Shown here: piece after piece, positions 11,452 through 21,900 of the stretch
Numbering within the stretch: position 1 is the stretch's first letter
Layout of the letters: each line of letters opens with the position of its first letter
DNA from: Mobula hypostoma
Taxonomy: Eukaryota
Direction: 5' to 3'
Length of the DNA: 64,000 nt
Assembly: GCF_963921235.1 (NCBI RefSeq)
Contig: NC_086101.1
Location: 117,676,001 to 117,740,000 of the forward strand
The notes under the pieces: generated by a model
What the model saw: only the letters and a program-made list of their open reading frames with translations
The model's database searches: none
Told to the model about the DNA's origin: nothing
Position numbers and translations under genes: made by a program

Positions 11452-11892
11452 TTTTTGGAAACCAGTGTTTTTTTAAACAATACTTTTTATAAGATTTGTA
11501 CTTTTTTAAGAAACTTATGTATTTTTCACACTGACTGGCAGAAAACGGTATAGCAGCTAAACTAACAGTTTATCACCATTCTCATTTTTCATTGGCTAAG
11601 TATTAGCACATCACCCACATGATGTAATTGTTTTAATTATGTAACCTTTTAACTAGTTTATTCCTATCTAAGGAAATTCTTATCTTGCCTATAAAAGTGA
11701 TGGATTTTTCAGATGCACCATCTTCTCATTTTGCAGTTTTATTCCATTTGTCTTCACTGTTCATCTACTTTTCAGCATCATTTCTCGGCTCTTTATTCCA
11801 TTTGCTTAGTATTTGTGTGTTTGTTTGTACTCTAAAATAAACTGAGATCTTGGAATTAAAACTGCCTGTCATTCCTGATTCCTGGTAGAACA
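11452..11892 (+). mobile_element. Probable solo LTR
   Basis: AT-rich ~440 bp insert with ATTGG (11591), TATAAAA (11690), AATAAA (11836) and a ...gaaca end. The 5' TG and TSD are not clear. Confidence 0.5.
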
Positions 11893-11919
11893 GTAAGGAT
11901 CAGAAAATAAACAGAGATC

Positions 11920-12570
11920 CATAAAACTCTGGTTCGCTGACGTCGGGAGTATCACATATAGTTCTGGTCACCCCACTACAGGAAGAACGTTGAGGCTTTG
12001 GAGAGGGTGCAGAAGAGGTTTACAAGGACGCTACCTGGTTTAGAAGCCATGTGCTATCACGAGAGGCTGGATAAACTTGGGTTGTTGTCTCTGGAGCAGC
12101 AGAAGCTGAGGGGAGATCTGATAGAGATTTATAAGACTGTGAGAGGCATAGATAGAGTAAACAGGGAGGATCTTTTTCCCAGGGTGGAAATGTTTAATAC
12201 CAGAGGGCATGTATTAAAGTTGAGAGGGGGTAGGTTCAAGGGGGATGTGAGGGGTAAGTTTTTTACTCGGAGAGGGGTGGATGCCTGGACTGTGCTGCCT
12301 GGTATGGTGGAGAGGCAAATACATTAGAGGCTTTTGGATAGGCACATGGATGTGAGGAGGATGGAGGGATATGGACATGGTGTAGGTAGGAGGGATTAGT
12401 GTTTGGGTGTTTTTGATTTGCTCTTTAGATGGTTCAGCACAACACTGTGGGCTGAACAGCCTGTTCCTGTGCTGTACTCATCTATGGTCTATGTTCTGAG
12501 AAATTAATTGTTGTTAGCTCAACTAGTTCAGCACAACACTGTGGGCCGAATGGCCTGTTCCTGCACTGGG
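11920..12570 (+). mobile_element. CR1 LINE 3' fragment with duplicated tail
   Basis: ERVQKRFTRTLPGL...RLDKLGLLSLEQQKLRGDLIEIYK; tail gttcagcacaacactgtgggc occurs twice. Confidence 0.9.
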
Positions 12571-13204
12571 TCTTTCAGTGTGGGATGGTGAACCTCTCCA
12601 CCGTAAACATCTAAAACAAAGCTGATGTTTGACGTCTGGAAAGGACCTTAAAGGTGGGATTCAAAAGGAGTTCAATATCATTGACAGAATCCTGTCTGCA
12701 TAGCAAGGAATGAATTCCCCAGGTAACTGAGACTGGATATGGTTAGGAGCGATTTATCTCATATTGACTGAATGGCAATAGGTAGAGGTTGGGAGGATGA
12801 ATTTTAAAACCCATTGGGAATCATTTCAGAGTGGAAACTCAGTCATTATACCACGAACCTGCAAGTCACATAGCACAGTCAGGGGCCCTTTGGCCCATCG
12901 AATGTGAACTGATCCTCAACCAATGTTTACATGGATCCAACATTAATCCCGACATTCCCATCCACTCCCCAGATTATTCCTCTCATCCACACACCACGGG
13001 GGGAGGGGAGAGGTATTTACAAATTACCGTGGTTTGTTAACTCAGCAAGCCCACACATTGCTGGAGGGGTGGGATGAAACCACAATACCTGTGAGAATGG
13101 GGTTGAGAGGGATAATAAATCAGCCATGATGGAAGGGCGGGGTAGACTTGATGGTATGAATGACCTAATCCTGTTCCTTTGATCAGTCACAGGGAGAACG
13201 CACC

Positions 13205-13224
13205 ACACACTACACACACACACA

Positions 13225-13283
<59 letters not shown>
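13205..13283 (+). repeat. (CA)n microsatellite within a minus-strand SINE (~12860-13345)
   Basis: Long CA run with an internal cgcgcg. Confidence 0.9.
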
Positions 13284-13285
<2 letters not shown>

Positions 13286-13619
13286 CTGTAGGTGGGGATC
13301 GAACCCCGGTCTCTGGGACTGAGAGATGGCTGCTCTCCCCACTGCCGGGAGAGAATAAGAATCTTCAACGAGAAAGACACAGTCCATTGTTCTTCAGATG
13401 ACTTTGGATCGTGTGATGGGACAGTACAGAGTGAACATTACTCTAAATCTAACTGCTGGCTGTACCATCGATTTTCTGAGGAGGCAACCTGAAGTGAGTT
13501 TCTCCAGCACAATTCTTTTGTGAAGACAGCTTCAACAGCAGGTAACTTTTTGTATTTTCAGTGATGTTTAATTGTGAATTTTTTCTAATGGGCTTAAATC
13601 CAAACTATCAGTCAGTTCA

Positions 13620-13945
13620 TCGCTACAGTGACACAGTGGGAAGTGCTGTTGCCTCCCAGTCCCACAGACTCAGGTTCGATCCTGACCTCTGGTGCTGTCT
13701 GTGTGTCTGTGTGGAGTTTGTAAGTTCTCGCTATCAACCACATGTATTTTCCCCGCGTACTCTAGATTTCTCCCATGTCCCAAAGACGTACAGGGTCAGA
13801 GAGTTAATCAGACGCTGTAAATTGCCCTCTTAGTGTGTGGGTGAGGGATAGGATCTAAGGGGAACGTGAGAATGTTGGGAGAATGAAATAGGATTGGTGT
13901 AAATGTAAATATATAATAGTGTAAATGGGTGGTTGATTGTCAGTA
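13620..13945 (+). mobile_element. V-SINE copy
   Basis: caggttcgatcctgacc B-box and tgtggagtttg V-domain. Confidence 0.8.
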
Positions 13946-13949
13946 TGAG

Positions 13950-14530
13950 GTTCCCTAAGTTTGTTATAGGTTGTGATGGGGATAAGCTCCCACTAGCTAT
14001 TAAATGCTCCCAATGGTGTACACCTCAAATAACCTCTGACTACCAAATCCAGCTCCTGGCCTTCACGTGTGGCTTAGCTACTAAGTCTGGTGGACCCATT
14101 TCTACTGACAGGAGAAGGGGCAAAGGCGGGTTGCTGGCACCTTAAAACCAGTCACTTTGGGCAAATGGGGCTCATCAGACGTGGTTGGCAGCTCATCTGG
14201 AAGAAGGAAATCTCTGATCTCAAAACTCCGCTGCCTAGTGGCTATACCCACTCATTGAGAAGGCTTTGGGAGTAAACCTCGAGAAAAAGTCCGGAACTGG
14301 AGTCCCTAAGGCAGTCATACATTGAGTTCAACACTGACTGGCAACTCCTACCAAACTGTAAGAATCTCTACCATTCCTTTGGGTTCATCAGATGCGTAAA
14401 GAGGCTGAGCTTGCTACATGGGCAACAGCTTTCTCTCCACATTGTACTGCCCTAGCTTGCATATCATGTAGACAGCTGGGACACAACATCGATGGTCGAC
14501 CCTGACCGATGCAGAGCTCAACATCAATAT
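13950..14530 (+). mobile_element. Interspersed repeat, family unassigned (possibly RTE-related); partial homologue at 25150-25375
   Basis: Shared text tgctacatgg...acagctt...attgtactgccct.gctt.cat...gtagaca.ctggga at ~14410 and ~25260. Confidence 0.55.
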
Positions 14531-15249
14531 GAAAACAATGGGACAAAGGACCTGTTTCTGCGCTGTACCTCTGTGTGACTGTGACAGTTCATGACTGCGG
14601 ACATCTTCAACAGTGAGATTGGTTTTAGGAAGCAATTTGTACTAGTGACTATATTGACTATAGTGACTAGTGATTATATTCCTGAATAACACACACAAAA
14701 CACTGGAGGAAATCAGCAGGTCAGGCAGTATCTATGGAAGTCAACACACTGCGGACCTAGAACCTTCTTTGTGACTGGAAAGGAAGGGGGAAGACACCAG
14801 AATAAAAAGGTGGGGAGAGGAGAAGGAGGATAGCTGGAGGTTGATAGGTGAAGCCAGGTGGGTCGGAAAAGTGAAGGGCTGGAGAGGAAGGAATCTAATT
14901 GGAGAGGGAAGGTGGGACCTGTACAGAAGAGATGGTTTGCACCTGACCTGACCTGAAAGGAGACTAATATCCGAGCGGGTAGGTTTACTAGTGCTGAACA
15001 GTGAGGAGTTTAATCTAGAGTTGCAGGAACAGAGAGTGGAGAGGTTGTGGAGACAGATGTTGTTAAGACCCCAGACAAAGTCGGAAATCAAAAGGTTAAG
15101 TATGGTGGGGCTAATGCGTATATTTCAATGCAAAAAGTATTTGTAGGAAAGACTGATATCTCAGGGATCAACTCAATGTTCCAGGGTTCCGGTGTTTTAG
15201 ACATGATGGAATGTGAGGAATTAAAGGAGGAGGGGAGGTGTTACTAGAA

Positions 15250-15435
15250 AGCCCTTAACTCCGAGTCACAACGGCGTTTTTTTAGCAGGCTTTCTTGTTT
15301 TTACGAGGCCGAGTTGCCAGCTCGACGCTCAACCCAGTATGGATGGAAAGTGTGCAAGGGAGCCAGCTGGATTCAAACTCGGGACCCTCCGCTCCTAAGT
15401 CCGGCGCTGATGCTACTACGCCACCAGCTGGCTGG
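15250..15435 (-). mobile_element. tRNA-derived SINE nested in CR1
   Basis: Minus strand ggtggcgtagtagcatcagcgccggac...cccgagtttgaatccagc (A and B boxes); related piece at ~43215-43325. Confidence 0.7.
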
Positions 15436-15699
15436 AGGTGTTACTAGTCAAGGAAAATGTCACGGTAGTGCTCAGTCAGGACAGACTGGAGAACTCATCT
15501 CGTGAGGCTTCATGTTTGGAACTGAGAAATAAGAAAGATATAACCACGTTAATGGGGTATACTACAGACCACCCAACTGTCCAAGGGGTTTAGAGAAACA
15601 TATCTATAAAGAGATCACAGACTGTTGCAAGAAACATAAGGTTGTGCTAATACATGATTTTAACTTTCAACATAGTGGGACTCCTATACTGTAATTGGA

Positions 15700-16550
15700 C
15701 TTCCAGTAAGATGGTGACACATATTCACACAGCGGCCTCTCAGGGACCAACCAAAGGTGCTTTTTCTCTTTGTTAAATGTATTTTTGTACATAGTAAGAC
15801 TATTCTTGGCTCCCATCACTACATGTACAACAGGTGTACTGCATCAGTGAGCTGCTCATTGTTCGGAGTAGCTGGCCGGGGCGCTGTAAGAGCTGGCCAG
15901 CGATTCAGAGGAGGTGAGTCAGCCCGTCAGATCGAGGGATTCAAGTTGGGCCATCGGGCTGAGAGATTTGAGTCGGGCTGTCGGTCCGCAGGAGGAGCTG
16001 GATTGCGTTTCGAAGAGCTGACCAGGGCGCTACCTACTACGCGTGGGCATGAGAGTTGGTGTCTTCCGGCTGACACAAAGGTGGCGTGCAATGAAACCAT
16101 GCATAACTGTCTTGATCGTTTCTTTTGCAGTCGTAAGATCCTGTTGGACATTGATTGCCGCAGGCCTGCATCCCTTGTTTGGTGACCAGACAGGCGGCGA
16201 GGCAGCAGTGTCTCCTCAGTTGGAGCGAGGACTAGGTCTCAAGCTGTGGGCTTGCATCATAGCGTGACATCCCTGATCGGGAGGAGGTGGCCTCTCCTGT
16301 CACTGTTGCCCTCCAGTGTTGGATTGGTGGAATTACAGGTTAGACTGCTGGGAAACATCACTTTGTGAGACTTGCTGCTCAGGGTCTTGGACTAAGAATG
16401 TGATTTTTTTACATGACTATGTTCTCTTTTTTAATTTTTTCACTATTTTGAAAGCGCATGTATGTTTTTGCACCTTGGCCACAGAGGAACGCTGTCTCAT
16501 TCGGGTGTATCCACATATGGTTTGAATGACAATTAAAATTGGTTTGATTT
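15700..16550 (+). mobile_element. Non-autonomous LINE-tailed element nested in CR1
   Basis: Starts cttccagtaagatgg, has a CpG-rich body and a Rex-like tail (gacaattaaaattggtttgatttg). CR1 resumes at gatgggatagag. Confidence 0.6.
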
Positions 16551-17695
16551 GTGATGGGATAGAGTTTTTCAAATGCATTCAGGAAAGTTTCTTTAATCAG
16601 TACATGGAAGTCCCAACGAGAGCGTGTTCGATACTTGATTGGCTATTCGGGAAGGAGACAAGGCAGGTGACAAAAGTTTGTGTAGGGGAACACTTTGCAT
16701 CTAGTGATCATAATGCCATTAGTTTCAAGTAATTATGGAAGAATATAGGTCTGGTCCATGGGTTGGGATTCTAAATTGGAGAAAGGCCATTTTTGATGGC
16801 ATCAGAAAGGAGCTGGATTGGGATAGACTGTTTTCTGGCAAAGATGTACTTTGTAAGTGGGAGGCCTTCAAAAGTGAAAATTTGAGAGTATAAAGCTTGT
16901 ATGTGCCTGTCAGAATAAAAGGTAAAGATAACAAGTGTCGTGAACTTTGCTTTTCACGAAATATTGAGGTCCTGGTTAAGAAAAAAAGGAGGTACATAGT
17001 AGGTATAGGGAGGCAGGAACAAATGAGGCACTTGATTATAAGAAATGCAGGAGAACTCTTAAGAAGGAAATCAGGAGGGCAAAAAGAAGACATGAGGTTG
17101 CTCTAGCAGACAAGGTGAAGGAGGATCTTAAGGGCTTCTACAGATATGTTAAGAGCAAAAGAATAAGAAAGGACAAAATTGGTCCCCTGGAATATCAGAG
17201 TGGTAATCTATGTAGAGAGCTAAAAGAGATGGGGAGACCTTAAATGGATTTTTTGCACTTTCATTTTTTCGAGAGATGGACACAGAGTCTATAGATACGA
17301 GACAATGAAGCAGCAAGCTCATGGACCCTGTACAGATTACAGAGGAGGAGGTGCCCAGAGGCAAATTAGTGTGGATAAATCCCCAGGGCATGACAAGGTG
17401 TTCCCTTGGACTCTGTGGGAGGCAAGTGCAGGGACCCTAGCAGAGATATTTAAATAAGCAACAAGTAAGGGACCGGAGGATTGGAGGATAGCTAATGTTG
17501 TCTGGCTGCTTAAGAAAGGCTCTAAGAATAAACTTTGAAATTATAGGCCAGTGAGCCTGACGTCAGTAGTGGGGAAGTTATTGGAAGGTATTCTAAGGGA
17601 CTGGATAAATGAGTATTTAGATAGATAGGGTCTGATTAAGGGGAGAGCCAACCTGGCTTTGTGTGTGGTAGGTCATGTCCAAACAATCTTATAGA

Positions 17696-17952
17696 CAAGT
17701 AAAGTCTTCTCAGGCTTCCTGCCTGATACAAGTCGATGCTTCAATGACAAACTCTGCCATTTTCTTCAGGGACGATGATTGGATGAGAACTAATCAATCA
17801 GGAGGGATGGACTACAGGGATATAAATACCACCAGACTAGACATGCCCAGGCATCATCCCTGAAGAAGATTGCGAGTTTGTCATCAAAACATCACTTATA
17901 ATCAAGAAGAGTTTATTCATCATATACGCCAGAAAAGCACTAGATCCTTTTT
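17696..17952. mobile_element. Penelope-like insertion with inverted hammerhead-like repeats and 12-bp TSD
   Basis: Flanks caatcttataga (17684) and caattttataga (17953); internal inverted pair atgacaaactctgccattttcttcaggga / tccctgaagaagattgcgagtttgtcat. Confidence 0.65.
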
Positions 17953-18859
17953 CAATTTTATAGAGTTTCTCAAAGAAGGGAAGTTGATAAGGGATGACAG
18001 TAGCTTTTGTCTCCATAGACTTCAGCAAGGCATTTGCGACGTCCTGCATGGGAATTTGGTCAAGAAGGTTTAGTCACTTGGCATTCAAGATGAGTTAGGA
18101 AATTGGATTAGATATTGGCTTTGTGGGGGAAGCCAGGGAGTGATAGTAGATAGTTGCCTCTTTGACTGGAGGCCTGTGACTAGTGGAGTGCCACAGGGAT
18201 CGGTGCTGGGTCCGCTGCTGTTTGTCATCCATATCAATGATCTGGATGATAATGCGGTTAACTGGATCAGCAAATGTGTGGTTGACACTAAGATTGGGAG
18301 TGTAGTAGACAAGTGAGGAAGGCTATCATAGCTTGCAGTGGGATCTGAACCTGTTGGAAATGAAGGCTGAAAAATGGCAAATTTAATGCAGACAAATGTC
18401 AGGTGTTGCACTTTTGGAAGCCCAACCAGCGTAGGTCTTAAATAGTGGTAGGGCACTGTGGAGTGTGGTAGAACAAAGGAATCTGGGAATACAGGTCCAC
18501 AATTTATTTAAAGTGGTATCACAGATAGATAAGGACATTAAGAAAGCTTTTGGCACATTGGCTTTCATAAATTAAAGTATTGAGTTCAGGAGATGGGAGG
18601 TTATGTTGAAGTTGTATAAGAGGTTGGTGAGGCCTAATTTGGAGTATTGTGTGTAGTTTTGGTCACCTACCTACAGGAAAGATGTAAACAAGATTGAAAG
18701 GGTGCAAAGAAAATTTATAAGGATGTTGCCAGAACTTGAGGACCTGAGTTATAAGTAAAAATTGAATAGGTTAAAACTTTATTCTCTAAAACACATTAGA
18801 TTGAAGGGAGATTTGAAAGCAGTATACAGAATTTTGAAGGGTATAGATCGAGTAATGTA

Positions 18860-18982
18860 AACACAAAAAAGTCTGCAGATTCCAGAAATCCAAAGCAACA
18901 CATACAAAATGCTGGAGGATTAGCACCTATGGAAATGAATGGATAACTGACGTTTCAGGCTGTGACCCTTCTTCAGGGCTGA
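18860..18982 (-). mobile_element. Penelope-like terminal repeat fragment with minimal hammerhead motif
   Basis: Minus strand cagccCTGAAGAagggtcacagcctGAAACGTC; same family at ~14690, ~19300, ~54065, ~54865 and ~60365. Confidence 0.65.
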
Positions 18983-19869
18983 GCAAGCAGGCTTTTTCCA
19001 CTGAGGTTGGGTGGGACTACAACCAGAGGTCATGGGTTAAGGATGAAAGGTGAAAGTGGAAGAGGAACATGAGGGGAAACTCCTTCACTCAGAGGGTGGT
19101 GAGAGTGTGGAACAAGCTGCCAGCGCAAGTGGTGCACGTGAGCTCAATTTCAATGTTTAAGACAGCATTGGATAGGTACATGGATGGTAGGGGTGTTGAA
19201 TACTATGGCCCCAGTGCGGGTAAATGGGTCTAAGCAGTTTAAATGGTTCAGCACGGACTGGATGGGCCAAAGGGCCTGTTTCTGAGGTGTACTTTTCTAA
19301 GACACTACGACTGTATGATGGGTAATCAGGTGGGTAAGAAAGGCAAAGGTCTGGAGAGGAAGGAATCTGATAGGAGAGGAGAAAGGGAAGGAGGGGACCC
19401 GGGGGAGGTGATAGGTAGGTGAGAAGAGGTAAGAGGCCAGAATGGGGAATAGAGGGAGAGGGAAGTCGGGGGTGGGGGGTTGCGGGCAGGACATTTTTTT
19501 AACAGAAAGAGAAATTGATATTCATGTCATCATTTGGAATCCATAGTGGAATGAAATTAAAGAAAGAAATGTAGAAGGAACAGGTTGAAAGTATTTGAGT
19601 AATCTCAGCAGGAATGACTGTTCAGATTGGAATAAAAAAGTGTACAGTAGTGGGGATTGGAAATAATTAGGAAAGATTTATACAGTATTGATTGAAACCC
19701 AATAGGCACACTCGTAGTGTCAATTAAAAGCCATTAGCAAATATCTAACCGTGAGAAGTGAAATCCACTAGGAACCGTTTAACAGTGGGAGTCCAGACTC
19801 ATTCATGTCCCTTGTAAAAAGTGGATACAGAACCATTTCAAACTAATTAGAAAACAAACTGCTGCCACG

Positions 19870-20552
19870 CTGAGGCAGGACAGATCTCGCTGGGGATGGG
19901 ACAGTTTTAGGGTGAGGACTGATACCTCAAGGAGCGGCCTGGAAGACATGTGCCTTCAGGGTGCGGCTCTTCACCCCTGTGGATGGCACGTTGCTTGCCA
20001 GTGTCGCCGGAGATCGGAATATCAAGACAGCGGGTGCAGCTGTTTGAGACCTCTGCGCTCGAGCGATCACTTTTCTTGATAGTGAGAGAGAGTTTGCTGC
20101 TGATTCTTGAGTTGGGGGAACTCGAAATAAAGCAACTCTGCAGACTGTAACATTGAAACAGGGAGCTGCTGGTCTTCCCTCTCACTGCGGCAGGAGTGAT
20201 ACCTCTCTCTCTTCCTCGTTAGTGACAGGGAGAGTCTGCGGCATGTTGAACTGTTGGATGAAAAGTGTTTTTGATGGACCCTAGAAAATGATCTCTTTGG
20301 GGGCTTTCCTGTTGCTTGCATGGAAGGTGGTGGGAGGGCTGATACTTTCTGCTGGAATAAGTCGGGAGAGGGGGAGGAGGGAGGGTCGATACTTTGCGGC
20401 TGCTTATTCATGGGAGGGGGTATTTGCGGTTCTGACATTCCTGTCATTCATTCTTTGGGGTTTTTCTTCTGTTTTGTGGATATCTGTGAAGAGTAAGAAT
20501 TTCAGATTGTATACTGTATACATTCTCTGATATTAAATTGAACTATTGAACA
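19870..20552 (+). mobile_element. Non-autonomous LINE-tailed element
   Basis: Ends gtgaagagtaagaatttcag.ttgtatac...attaaattgaactattgaac; the same tail occurs at ~35720-35810. Confidence 0.6.
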
Positions 20553-20609
20553 CTATCGGCACCAGTTTAAGAGAGGGGGACAATTGCTCATTACTAATTG
20601 AGCGGGAGT

Positions 20610-20824
20610 GTGGAGCTAGTGCATCACTTTACAGTACAGGTGACTCAGGTTTAATTCCCATCGCTGCCTGTAAGGTGTTTGTACATTCTCCCTGTTATCG
20701 CCAGGGTTTTCTCCCACAGAATCAGAATCAAGTTTAATATCACCAGCATATGTTGTGACACTTGTTAACTTTGCGGCAGCAGTACAATGCAATACAAAGT
20801 AATAGAAAAAAATATGAATTACAG

Positions 20825-20871
<47 letters not shown>

Positions 20872-21170
20872 CATAGTTAAATTAAATAAGTAGTGCAAAA
20901 ATAGAAGCAAAAAACTGGTGAGGTAGTGTTTATGGGTTCATTGTCCATTCAAAAATCAGATGGCAGAGGGGAAGAAGCTATTCCTGAATCATTGCATGTG
21001 TGCCTTCAGGCTCCTGCACCTCTTCTCTGAGTCCAAAGACATACCAGTTGGTAGGTTAATTGGTCACTGTAAATTGTCCTGTGATTAGGCTAGGGTTAAA
21101 CCGGGGGATCACTGGATGGCGTGGTTCAAAGGGCTGGAAGGGCCCATTCCGTGCTGTATCTCAATAAAAT
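20610..21170. mobile_element. V-SINE (+) split by a Rex-Babar 3' end (-) that contains (TA)n at 20828-20870
   Basis: SINE ...ctcccacag | aatcagaatc...ctctg | agtccaaagac resumes. Confidence 0.8.
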
Positions 21171-21434
21171 ACGATTTTAAAAAAATAATTTTATACCTAG
21201 TGTTATTGGCAGTAAAAGCCATTTTAAAATGGGGATTTAACTAATCCCAGTAGTATCCAATTCATTGATGCCCAGTATAAAATCTTATATATTAGAGACT
21301 GAACCCCAATAGGAAGGTGTTATGTGGTGATTGAACCCCAATAGAGTATATTTTATATGGGAACAGATTATATTGGTGACTGAATTCCAATGGGAACCAT
21401 TTTGCATTAGGGATGGGATTGGCCAAGCACAGAC

Positions 21435-21900
21435 AACAACTGTGGCTTATGGTCGGGAATGTTCCGGAGGGAAGGCCTCAAAATCCCTGGCTTTGCCTGC
21501 TGTTGGCGACCGAGATTGAGGTTGAATCGTTCGGATAGAGATGGCGCTCAGTACTCGGTGTTGGAGAGCTGATTGGAGGTTCGAAGTTTTCCGATGACTC
21601 AGAGTCGGACTGTGGTCGGGCATGGCAGGGAGAGTTTTTCTTCCTTCTCCCATCTGCGTGAGATGTGGGACATTTGAGAGACTTTGAACTTTTTACTGTG
21701 CTCATGGACTTCTTCGTCAAGTTATGGTATTGTTGCACTGTTGTAACTATATGTTATAATTATGTGGTTTTGTTAGTTTTTTCAGTCTTGGTCTGTCCTG
21801 TGTTTTGTGATATCACACCAGAGGAAATATTGTATCATTTCTTAATGCATGCATTACTAAATGACAATAAAAGAGGACTGTCTGTCTTCATAATCATCAT
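21435..21900 (+). mobile_element. Young non-autonomous LINE-tailed element
   Basis: CpG-retaining body with a 3' tail gacaataaaagaggactg...cataatcatcatc. Confidence 0.55.

Larger units (their letters stand above)
14920..19300 (+). mobile_element. Long decayed CR1 LINE (ORF1 esterase end, ORF2 endonuclease-RT, 3'UTR) with nested insertions
   Basis: gatggtttgcacctg (DGLHL), then SSDHNAISF, NYRPVSLTSVVGK-like, gagtgccacagggatcggtgctggg (GVPQGSVLG) and the C-terminal/3'UTR. Interrupted at ~15250, ~15700, 17696 and ~18860. Confidence 0.9.
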
